From Candidatus Hodarchaeaceae archaeon (GTDB taxonomy: Archaea; Hadarchaeota; Hadarchaeia; Hadarchaeales; Hadarchaeaceae), in the NCBI GenBank assembly GCA_030018135.1, contig JASEGJ010000007.1:1-49409 (forward strand): a stretch of DNA of 49,409 bases, written 5' to 3'. Numbering within the stretch: position 1 is the stretch's first letter; each line of letters opens with the position of its first letter. The notes under the pieces are model-generated. The model made no database searches, was not told the origin of the DNA, and saw only the letters and a list, made by a program, of their open reading frames with translations. The position numbers and the translations under genes are program-made. Of this stretch, positions 38,888-46,787 are shown in pieces.

Positions 38888-39855
38888 TTCTTCCCCCCGT
38901 AGAGCTTGTCGCTCGCGGCGTACTTCTTCCACACGTAGTTCCGCTCAAACGTCAACTCGCTCGGCACGCCCATGCGCTCGAGCACGGCCTGCGCCTCGTC
39001 CAAGCTCTTGGTTTGCACCAATTCCTTGGCGACCTTGCTGATGTTCTCGAAGATGACCCGCGGGTCGAAGTAAAACGTCACCGCCGAGGCGGGCGTGAGC
39101 AAGACCTTGCGATAGCCGCCGCGGATTTCGACCTCGCCCGTCTTGCCCCTCGCGGCCTCCACGGCCAGCGCGGTCGCCTCGGTCCTCGTGCTGCGGATTA
39201 CCTCGTCCAGCAGGCGAAGGTCCTCCGGCGTCAAACCGCGGGCGCCTAGGAAGCCGCCGAGGCTGGCCGCCCGCGCGACGTTCTCGTTCAGCCGCTCGAA
39301 GTTGAGCTCGCCGTCGCTCCCGTAGCCGAGCACCCCTAAAACTGCTGGCACATCTAGATTCACCATGGCGGCGAGCATCATGCTGTCGGCGAGCATGCTG
39401 TGCAGCCCCTGCTCGTTGCCCTCGGCGAGCACATCTCCGCCCACGTCTATGCCCACGAATAGGTCTATGCCCAACCGTTTCATCGCCTCGTTCAGGCCCA
39501 CTATTACGCCCTGCACGCCTTTGTTCAGGTCGACGAGGAGTGTCCTAGCGTTTAAAACCTCGGCCACCGCTGACTCCGTGAACCTTATGCCCTTCGTCGT
39601 CCTCGTCTTGGCGTTCGCCAGCCCGACGGTCTCCGAGAGCAACTCGATCTCGACGATCTCGTCCATGCGCCTCGGCCCGGGCTCGGGGTCTATGACGTAG
39701 CGCTCCCATGTCAGGCCGCCCACGACGGTGCTCAGGCCGAGCCATCGGAGGTAGCGGGCTGTAGGCAAGGTGCCGACGACGTCCCCGCCACCCCCTATGC
39801 CCATGACGAACGCGTAGTTCGATTCGTCGACCAGCGCCTCGAGCGACTTCGCCAC
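38884..39855 (-). CDS. DUF1152-like uncharacterised protein
   Basis: GIGGGGDV, DVGGDVLAEG.E..L.S.LADS and G.GSDGEL; first gene of the his transcript. Confidence 0.7.
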   Translation of the reverse strand: MAKSLEALVDESNYAFVMGIGGGGDVVGTLPTARYLRWLGLSTVVGGLTWERYVIDPEPGPRRMDEIVEIELLSETVGLANAKTRTTKGIRFTESAVAEVLNARTLLVDLNKGVQGVIVGLNEAMKRLGIDLFVGIDVGGDVLAEGNEQGLHSMLADSMMLAAMVNLDVPAVLGVLGYGSDGELNFERLNENVARAASLGGFLGARGLTPEDLRLLDEVIRSTRTEATALAVEAARGKTGEVEIRGGYRKVLLTPASAVTFYFDPRVIFENISKVAKELVQTKSLDEAQAVLERMGVPSELTFERNYVWKKYAASDKLYGGKK

Positions 39856-39886
39856 CGCATCACCTTGCAGGAATTCGCGCTATTTG

Positions 39887-39954
39887 TATATAAATTTTAC
39901 TAAAATACATTAAAAGTAAAAAATATTTCCAATAAATCGAAAATTATATATAAT
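39887..39954. promoter_or_regulatory. Divergent his/lrp promoter region with candidate operator
   Basis: Minus-strand TTTATATA at 39887-39894; inverted repeat TTTTACT-N13-AGTAAAA at 39895-39921; perfect palindrome ATTATATATAAT at 39943-39954. Confidence 0.55.
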
Positions 39955-39997
39955 GTTTACCAAATAGCGGGTAATCGGCGCGCAAGGAACGTTCCGG

Positions 39998-40456
39998 GTG
40001 GAAGTCTTGGAACTGGATCCGACCGACGTAAAGCTGCTAAACCTGCTCCAGGCCGACGCCAAGGCATCGTACGCCCAACTCGCGAGGAGGCTGGACATAA
40101 GCTCTTCGGGCGTGCACAAGCGGATAAAGCGGTTGGTCGACGCGGGCGTCATCAAAAAGTTCGCGGCGGTCGTCGACCCATCGGTTGTCGGCAAAAAATT
40201 GAAGGCGTTCATAGGCATCTCGACCGCCCCCGGCACCTGCGGCGAGGTGATAGCTCAGCTCGGCAAGCATCCCGAGGTGCTGGAGATCCACGAGGTGGCG
40301 GGCGAGCACGACCTGTTCGTGAAGCTTATCACCGAGGACACGCTGAGGCTCAACGAGCTGTTGCACGAGATCGATAGCATACCCGGCGTGAGCAGCACGC
40401 GGACGCTTGTGGTGCTTAAGACCGAAAAGGAGACGGGCTCGATCCCGCTTGGGTAG
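39998..40456 (+). CDS. Lrp/AsnC-family transcriptional regulator
   Basis: LDPTDVKLLNLLQADAKASYAQLAR..RIKRLVDAGVI HTH; VAGEHDL RAM domain. Confidence 0.95.
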   Translation: MEVLELDPTDVKLLNLLQADAKASYAQLARRLDISSSGVHKRIKRLVDAGVIKKFAAVVDPSVVGKKLKAFIGISTAPGTCGEVIAQLGKHPEVLEIHEVAGEHDLFVKLITEDTLRLNELLHEIDSIPGVSSTRTLVVLKTEKETGSIPLG

Positions 40457-40494
40457 TTTTAAAACGGTGAAAGGAGGCGCCAAGTGAGATCATC

Positions 40495-41538
40495 CTATAC
40501 CTCAGGCGTTTGGAGCAACGGGGCTTCGTCAGAAAACAAGCGAGGGGCCGCTACCTTTTTTGCTTCAACGAGCATTACTGCACCATACCATCGAACGCCA
40601 ATTGCTTTAAAATTATGTTTTTTCAGCATTTCTGCAACCTCGTCGCTGTTGAAGAACCGGACCCGGTGTCCCACCCTTTCGCTAACGTAGAAAAACGCCC
40701 TCATCAGGGGGTTTGGCCTCGGCGGATAGCAAACGATGCTCACCAATAGCTTGGAATCATCCTTTAAGACCCTCGACATCTCAGCCAACGCCTTTTCTGG
40801 TTGCGGAAACAAGTTGAGCGAAGCTTGGCAGGTCAAGCCGTCGAAAGTTTTGTCCTTGAATGGCAACCCCTCGGCATCGCCATTTAAGAAGGTGATGTTC
40901 TTCAAACCCCTTCGCTCGGCCTTCCTCTTCCCCAGCTTAAGCATTTCCAGGGCGATGTCGATCCCAAAAATTTGACCGCGTGGGCCGACCGTCCTGCTCA
41001 GCTCCCTCGCAACCAGCCCCGTCCCAGTGGCGACATCGAGAAATATCTCGCCCCCGCCGGAGCTGGCCATCTTGGCCGTGATCCTAGCGAGCCCTTGATA
41101 CGAAAAGCCGTAGACAATAGATGGGACGATCAACCTTCCCCACTCGTACATGAAGGCCGTCCGGGCGAAATCCTCCTCTATAAATTTTTTCGATATATAG
41201 CTCCTTTCTTCGGGGCTCAACTCCTCGTATTTCAATTCCTTGATGGCCCGGCCGCAGTTGGGGCACAGCACGATTTCGCCCCTGAGGCCGACGAAGGATG
41301 ACCAGGGCTCCCGAACGGCCTCAACCTGCCTCTTGCACCCATCGCAAAATTGGATATTTTTAGGGGGTTTTTCCTCCAGCGTGGGGATCCCGTCTTCGAT
41401 GATGTAATCGTTCCCGCAGCGCTTACATGCGATTTCTCCGCGCAATATCTCCTGCCCCTCTCGCTCGCGAATGCTCAAGCTAAAATCCGAGCTTTTGCAT
41501 GTTGGGCAAAGCAGGTACCGAACGATCTCTCTTTTCAT
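40495..41538 (-). CDS. Class I SAM methyltransferase (UbiE/MenG-like) with N-terminal Trm112-like and zinc-ribbon domains
   Basis: LLCPTCK..IACKRCG..YIIEDGIP, CDGC..CPNC, LDVATGTG, GDAEGLPF..FD and EMSRVLK. Confidence 0.82.
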   Translation of the reverse strand: MKREIVRYLLCPTCKSSDFSLSIREREGQEILRGEIACKRCGNDYIIEDGIPTLEEKPPKNIQFCDGCKRQVEAVREPWSSFVGLRGEIVLCPNCGRAIKELKYEELSPEERSYISKKFIEEDFARTAFMYEWGRLIVPSIVYGFSYQGLARITAKMASSGGGEIFLDVATGTGLVARELSRTVGPRGQIFGIDIALEMLKLGKRKAERRGLKNITFLNGDAEGLPFKDKTFDGLTCQASLNLFPQPEKALAEMSRVLKDDSKLLVSIVCYPPRPNPLMRAFFYVSERVGHRVRFFNSDEVAEMLKKHNFKAIGVRWYGAVMLVEAKKVAAPRLFSDEAPLLQTPEV

Positions 41539-41819
41539 CCTTTCCCACTTCAAAAAGGTCGCCCCACGGATATATTTGATGATGGTTTGTGGCAAAATCG
41601 AGTTCGCTCAAAGGAGCAGGCATAGAACGCCATGCCATCAAAAGCCCTATTGGCATCCTCAGGGCAACTTTCATGTGCAGGTTAAATACCTGTTGATCGC
41701 CAACGAACGCTACTTGACATCTTTCTCCTGTTTTTCTGTGTCGACAAAAATGGTGCCCCACCGATAAATCCGGCGGAAACTACTTATGGGCTCTTGGAGA
41801 GGCTAGAGAGGGTAATTCA

Positions 41820-42812
41820 ATGGCTGATGAGTACGAGAGGGCGGCGGACGAGGTGAGGAAGCTGTTTCAAGAGAGGGGCGGTAAAATTTTGGAGGATTTG
41901 ACGGCTAGCATCTTGGGGGAAAAAATCGAATGCGACGAAACCAAGGAGGCGTTATCCCACTTCGCGTCCTACTGGCGCGATCTCGTCAGGCCCTCGCTGG
42001 TCTCGCTAGCTTGCGAGGCGGTGGGCGGGGATCCCTCGGTCGTCGCCCCGATAGGAAAGTCCCTGAGCCTCCTCAGCGGAGCCACGGACGTACACGACGA
42101 CATAATAGACAGGACGATGACGAAGGAGAAGAGAAACACCGTCCTCGGAGGGTTCGGGGGCGATATTGCCCTGCTGGCCGGGGATGCCCTGATCTTCAAG
42201 GGATTTGCGGAGTTCTTCGAGGGCCTCATGAAATTGGAGATCCCGCCCGAGAAAAAGTCTGCCGTAGTTCGCGCGGTCAAGGAGCTATATTTCGAGATGT
42301 GCGATGGCGAAGCCCTGGAGCTGAGGTTCAGGGCTCGGACCGACGTTGAGCCGGAAGAATACCTTCGAGTGGTGAGGAAGAAAGCCGCAGATATCGAAGC
42401 CTTGACGCGCGTTGGGGCGATGCTGGGCGGGGGGAGTGAGGAACAAACAAAGACTCTTGGGGAGTACGGTAGGCTTTTGGGCATGATTGTACTCTTGAGA
42501 AACGACCTCGAGGACTTACTGAATTTCGACGCCGTGGACTCGAGGATAACAAACGAGAGCCTTCCGCTACCCATACTTTATGCTCTGAAAAACGATGAAA
42601 AAAAGGCAGGTATCCTTGCCATTTTGAAAAATGGGGAAGTAAAAGGGGCGGAAGCTGAAAGACTATTAAAATTAGTTTCGGAAGCCGGAGGACTGGACAA
42701 GCTTTGGGAAATGTTTAGGGGGCTCAAGGCTCAAGCTAACAAAAAGGTTGGAAATAAAAAAATATTTAAAACTATTCTAGAAGCAACCGTTCCCGAGAGC
42801 CCTGAGATCTAG
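41820..42812 (+). CDS. Polyprenyl-synthetase-family protein with ComQ-like degenerate motifs
   Basis: FARM HDDIID (42093-42110), ALLAGDAL, and second motif NDLED (42501-42515). Canonical GGKRxR and RRG are absent. Confidence 0.8.
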   Translation: MADEYERAADEVRKLFQERGGKILEDLTASILGEKIECDETKEALSHFASYWRDLVRPSLVSLACEAVGGDPSVVAPIGKSLSLLSGATDVHDDIIDRTMTKEKRNTVLGGFGGDIALLAGDALIFKGFAEFFEGLMKLEIPPEKKSAVVRAVKELYFEMCDGEALELRFRARTDVEPEEYLRVVRKKAADIEALTRVGAMLGGGSEEQTKTLGEYGRLLGMIVLLRNDLEDLLNFDAVDSRITNESLPLPILYALKNDEKKAGILAILKNGEVKGAEAERLLKLVSEAGGLDKLWEMFRGLKAQANKKVGNKKIFKTILEATVPESPEI

Positions 42813-42830
42813 CCCATAATTGGCAAGACC

Positions 42831-42875
42831 CTAGAGCCAAACTCGTACTGGTGAATACTTCAGCCTCATTCCCAT
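42831..42875 (-). CDS. Candidate peptide precursor (MG)MRLKYSPVRVWL
   Basis: AAAAGGAG RBS 8 nt before ATG 42869 (2 nt before ATG 42875); upstream GAAAGG-TTTATTTAT BRE/TATA-like element; Trp at the penultimate position. Confidence 0.55.
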   Translation of the reverse strand: MGMRLKYSPVRVWL

Positions 42876-42885
42876 TTCTCCTTTT

Positions 42886-42937
42886 GTATGTATGTTGCAC
42901 ACATATACATTAAAAAAAAACCATAAATAAACCTTTC
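42886..42937 (-). promoter_or_regulatory. Promoter of the peptide ORF with an imperfect inverted repeat
   Basis: Minus-strand TTTATTTAT at 42923-42931 preceded by GAAAGG; ATGTATGT-TGCAC-ACATATACAT imperfect palindrome near the predicted start site. Confidence 0.45.
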
Positions 42938-42978
42938 TATACTGGCTCAGGTGAAGAAAAAAGGGGTGGCATGAGAAA

Positions 42979-44184
42979 ATGGTGCTGTTTAAATGGCTCT
43001 TTGCCCATCGGAAGGGTTTCTTGCCAATGTTTTTTTTGATACTCAATTCGGTAACGTGGTTTTACCTAATGGTATTCATGATAGAGTTCATGATGCCGGA
43101 TGTGAATCCTTTTGCGTCCTCGCTTCGCTGGCTGTTCTATATGACCACGGCGGTATCCATGTTGATCGGGCCCGTCGTCGTCGGAAGGGTCAGTAAAGCA
43201 CGGTTCCTCTCCTTTTGGATCCTCTTAGGCGTTATTTTTTCGTTATTTCCTATGATTTTGCTTACATCTAGCGAATACGAAGTCGCGGCGCTGCTGATCC
43301 TCTGGGGTTTTGCATTCGGGATCGGCTTCCCCTCCTGCCTCGCCCTAATACCCACTCTCACGAGTGTTGAGGAAAGGGGGCGAGCGGGAGGTGCGGTATT
43401 TTTTGCAACTTATGCCATCTCACCATTATTGATAATTGCTATCAAGCAACTTGATGTTTTTTCAGGTTCTTTCGTGCTTGCAGCATGGAGAAGTCTCTGC
43501 ATTGGAGCGTTTTTGTTTAGTTTTAATGTGGATGTCGCATCACTTAGACCCGTTTCTTATTGTTCTATCCTCCGCCGTAGTATGTTCCTCCTTTATTTTC
43601 TCCCTTGGTTAGCTTTCTGTTTGATAAATTATTTTGAAAGACAGGTTTTGGAACAGTTTTTTGGTAAATCCATGATAGCTTTGATGGTTACCGTTGAGCT
43701 CGTAGTTGGGAGTCTTTTTTGTCTTATAGGCGGATGGCTTATGGATTTGAAAGGAAGAAAGTGGGTAATCATCATGGGACTTGTGGCATTGGGGTTAGGG
43801 TATGCCTTGCTCGGCCTTTTTCCGCTTATTTCTGCCGTCCAAGCATTCTATATGATTATGGATGGTATCGCTTTCGGCATCTTTACGGTGGCGTTTATAT
43901 TTGTCGTATGGGGAGACATTTCAAACGGTGAACGTGGAGAGAAATTTTACGGAATAGGAGGTCTCCCTGTTCTATTAGCTCCGACGTTGTCCCTGTTCGC
44001 CGCCGCTTGGCTTAGAACGCTAGACGCGAGCAACGCCTTCTCGCTCGCCAGCTTCTTCCTCTTCCTGGCGGTCATCCCGATCTTCTTCGCCCCCGAGCTG
44101 CTTCCGGAGTGCGTGCTAAAGGAGAGGGAGCTCAGGAGGTACGTCGAGGAGGTCAAGAAGGTCGCTGGTCGGGGCGGGGCTTGA
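42979..44184 (+). CDS. MFS-like polytopic membrane protein
   Basis: About 12 hydrophobic segments; GGWLMDLKGRK motif A-like, EERGRAGG and ERGEKFYG; charged C-terminal tail. Confidence 0.8.
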   Translation: MVLFKWLFAHRKGFLPMFFLILNSVTWFYLMVFMIEFMMPDVNPFASSLRWLFYMTTAVSMLIGPVVVGRVSKARFLSFWILLGVIFSLFPMILLTSSEYEVAALLILWGFAFGIGFPSCLALIPTLTSVEERGRAGGAVFFATYAISPLLIIAIKQLDVFSGSFVLAAWRSLCIGAFLFSFNVDVASLRPVSYCSILRRSMFLLYFLPWLAFCLINYFERQVLEQFFGKSMIALMVTVELVVGSLFCLIGGWLMDLKGRKWVIIMGLVALGLGYALLGLFPLISAVQAFYMIMDGIAFGIFTVAFIFVVWGDISNGERGEKFYGIGGLPVLLAPTLSLFAAAWLRTLDASNAFSLASFFLFLAVIPIFFAPELLPECVLKERELRRYVEEVKKVAGRGGA

Positions 44185-44971
44185 GCGCGTCCTTGGCCTT
44201 CTCCACTTGCTTGACGACCTCAACCAAGCTCTTCGAAAACGGGTGGTCCGGCTTCTCCAGCGCAATGATCGTCGACCTCTCCAGCCCGAGGACGTCGCAA
44301 TAGCAGGGCAGAAGGTCGATCACCGGCAGTTTGAAGGCCTTTTTGAATTGATTCGCCAGCTTCTTCCTCATCTCCTCGTTTATCGTCAACTGCGCGGGTA
44401 TCTTGTTCATCAAGACCATGGCCCGCTTCTCGAGCAGGCCGTAGAGCTCGCCCACCATGCCCTGGGCGCCCGCGACGTCGGACGAGTCCCAAGTCGAGAC
44501 CACCAGCACCACGTCCGCCGCGGCGATCGCGTTTATGCTCGCGTAGCTAAGGCCCGGGCCGGTGTCGAGGATCACGTAGTCCATTGCCAACTTCTTGAGC
44601 AGGATGTCCCTCAGCGAGAGCAGGCGGTGCAGCGCCCGCATCTCCCACTTGCCGTTCTTCGTCACGATCTCCCTTATCGCTTGCATCGACGGATTTGCCA
44701 GGGCCACGAGCAGCCTCCCCTCGGTGCCCTTTTCCTTCGAGAAATCCTTCAATATGTCGATCGGCTCGCACCTGCCCTCCAAAAAGTCGTTCATCCAGTA
44801 CTTTCCGTCCGCCGCGAAGGTGGCGTCGAGGCTGGGCGCGCGCAGGTCCAGATCTAGCAGGCAGACGTTCTTGCCTTGGCTCGCGAATATCGCCGCCAAG
44901 TTGGTGGAGATCAGGCTCTTTCCCGTACCTCCCTTGTAGCTGTGCACCGCTATGACCATGCCCGGGTTCAA
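44153..44971 (-). CDS. MinD/ParA-family ATPase
   Basis: Deviant Walker A KGGTGKS, DLDLRAPSL, LDTGPG and MNK. Confidence 0.9.
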   Translation of the reverse strand: MNPGMVIAVHSYKGGTGKSLISTNLAAIFASQGKNVCLLDLDLRAPSLDATFAADGKYWMNDFLEGRCEPIDILKDFSKEKGTEGRLLVALANPSMQAIREIVTKNGKWEMRALHRLLSLRDILLKKLAMDYVILDTGPGLSYASINAIAAADVVLVVSTWDSSDVAGAQGMVGELYGLLEKRAMVLMNKIPAQLTINEEMRKKLANQFKKAFKLPVIDLLPCYCDVLGLERSTIIALEKPDHPFSKSLVEVVKQVEKAKDALKPRPDQRPS

Positions 44972-45399
44972 GCTAATCCTCCCCCTTTGGGCTCTGGTCG
45001 TTGTTCGACCCCCATCGAGTCGCCCTCCGCCACGAAATACACCCGCTTGCCCTCTCTTTGTCTCTTCAGGTAACCCATCCTCGCCAGCTGGTTCAGGTAC
45101 GCGCTCTCGATCGCCCTGGCCCTGCCGGTCTCCTTCGCCACGTCGTCGGCCATCGCCTTCCCCAATTTCACTATCGCGATGGCGCTCTTCCTCAGGTGGT
45201 CCGGAAGGGAGAGGAGGGTCATGATGTCGAGGACCTCGCCCACCCTCGTCAGTTCCTCGGCCTTTTTGAGCAGGGGCCTTTTACCGACATCGCTGATCAA
45301 AACATCTATCTTCCTCTCTATTCGGCTCATCCACTCCCTGAGCTCATCCCGTTTGAACGGCTTTGCTTCCTCTGAACCGCGGATTTTCCGCATTTTCAT
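44968..45399 (-). CDS. Winged-helix transcriptional regulator with N-terminal coiled coil
   Basis: ADDVAKETGRARAIESAYLNQLARMGYL..REGKRVYF; overlaps the MinD/ParA gene. Confidence 0.8.
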   Translation of the reverse strand: MKMRKIRGSEEAKPFKRDELREWMSRIERKIDVLISDVGKRPLLKKAEELTRVGEVLDIMTLLSLPDHLRKSAIAIVKLGKAMADDVAKETGRARAIESAYLNQLARMGYLKRQREGKRVYFVAEGDSMGVEQRPEPKGGGLA

Positions 45400-45475
45400 T
45401 CCTGTTTAACACCCCTACACCTGCGTTTAAAGCGGTTGTGAAGCTATCCTCTAGATTTATCCTCCACCTCGAAAA

Positions 45476-45507
45476 TGGCCGCTCGTCCGGGGACTCGAAC
45501 CCGGGTT
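45476..45507 (-). other. tRNA 3'-end-like fragment (T-arm to CCA), possible att remnant
   Basis: The minus strand reads AACCCGGGTTCGAGTCCCCGGACGAGCGGCCA; no matching 5' half or D-arm upstream. Confidence 0.5.
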
Positions 45508-45579
45508 TGTGGGCGTTTCACTGAGACTCCTGAGTTGTTTTTTGCGATATCCCCCAAAGAGGGGCTTTCGGGCCCCAAC

Positions 45580-46035
45580 TCAAATCTCGCCCCTTTCTTT
45601 CCCGCCCCGAGCTTGCCCCTTAAGGCCCCGAACCAAAAATTTCTTACAATCCGAGTGAACCTTTCTCGCAGAGCGCAGGGCCTCCGGGGCGTAGTCTTTG
45701 AAGTACTCGGCCGTGATGCCCTGCTCAAACCCGTAGCCAGCGAGCCCCCGTTGCTCCGCAAGCTTTGCCACGACATCCGAGATCTCGGGGATCTCCTTCC
45801 TGAACCACGGCGGGATACCCTCCCGATCGGCCAACTGCAGAAAAACATCACTCACATCGTGCTCCTTCGGGAAATCTATGCCGACGGAGAGCAGCACCGC
45901 CTTGGCCGATTGTTCGACCGCCATCTGGGCGCTATAGACCACATCGTCCCACCGCGCGTCCTCGAGCGCCCTCTCGGCACCCTGAAGCCACCTACCCGCC
46001 CGATCCAGTACCTGCCGCGCTATCGCCGAATTCAT
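45580..46035 (-). CDS. HEPN-domain protein
   Basis: VVYSAQMAVEQSAKAVL..FPKEHDV and RGLAGYG; ATG 46035 follows GGAGG and overlaps the MNT stop. Confidence 0.85.
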   Translation of the reverse strand: MNSAIARQVLDRAGRWLQGAERALEDARWDDVVYSAQMAVEQSAKAVLLSVGIDFPKEHDVSDVFLQLADREGIPPWFRKEIPEISDVVAKLAEQRGLAGYGFEQGITAEYFKDYAPEALRSARKVHSDCKKFLVRGLKGQARGGKERGEI

Positions 46036-46784
46036 TTGAGAACCTCCCCCGCAACGCTTGGGACCCGAACCCAATAAAACTCGCCGCTTGGGGTGGTCAC
46101 CCGCCTCGTCCCCTCCTCGATGAGCTTCTTCCTGACGCCTTCGAGAACTCCGGTGAGAAACCCATCCCTTTCAAAGAGGATTATCCCGTCCAGGCAGGCG
46201 TCCAAGTACATCCGATGGAAACGCAGGGCTTCGTCCTTGTCGAGGGGGTAATGCTGGATGATCGGCACGAAGCCCGCCCGCACCGCTCGTGAGAATTCCC
46301 CCGTATTCCGGAGTTCGTCCCTGAGCTTCAACAGCTCCTCGCTTCGCTCCCAAGTTGGTTTTTTCCACCCCTCCACCACGATGAGCAGGTCGATATCGCT
46401 GTCAGGGGTCCAATCTCCTCGAGCCACGGAACCGAAGACCAGGACGCCGAGGAGCCCATCCTTAAAGTGGCCCAACAAAATCTTACAATAACGCTCGAGG
46501 ACGTCCGCAAATGCGCGATGGGGGATGCGGTCGACGTTCGTGATCTCGGCCCCCGGCACCTCGATCAGCTCAAACCAGCTTTTGGCGAGTCCCGCGGCCC
46601 GCCTCCCCTTTTCGGAGAGGGAGTAGATCTTGTCCCTGGATTCCACCATGCCGAGCGAGCTGAGTTCCCTCAACTTCTTGCTCAGGGTGCGTGGGTTCTT
46701 GAGGGATTCCATGAGTTCGCCGAACCTGGCTGCCCCCTTGTGCTCGAGCTCGAGGAGGAGAACGCTAGCATACCTATCGATCAT
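46032..46784 (-). CDS. wHTH (HxlR-like) fused to a minimal nucleotidyltransferase
   Basis: RFGEL..PRTLSKKLRELSSLG..YSLSEKG, then VFGSVARGDWTPDSDIDLL. Confidence 0.85.
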   Translation of the reverse strand: MIDRYASVLLLELEHKGAARFGELMESLKNPRTLSKKLRELSSLGMVESRDKIYSLSEKGRRAAGLAKSWFELIEVPGAEITNVDRIPHRAFADVLERYCKILLGHFKDGLLGVLVFGSVARGDWTPDSDIDLLIVVEGWKKPTWERSEELLKLRDELRNTGEFSRAVRAGFVPIIQHYPLDKDEALRFHRMYLDACLDGIILFERDGFLTGVLEGVRKKLIEEGTRRVTTPSGEFYWVRVPSVAGEVLK

Positions 46785-46787
46785 TTC

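Noticed and set aside
41786-41806. Micro-ORF MGSWRG upstream of the prenyltransferase, with Trp at -3
   Set aside because: Only six codons and no convincing RBS, so it is expected by chance; worth rechecking only if conserved.
42831-43046. 71-aa minus-strand ORF from the track
   Set aside because: Its 5' part overlaps the MFS start and AT-rich promoter DNA; only the last 12-14 codons have an RBS.
45476-45560. Full tRNA gene
   Set aside because: No complementary 5' acceptor strand, D-arm or anticodon arm is present; kept only as a fragment of unknown isotype.
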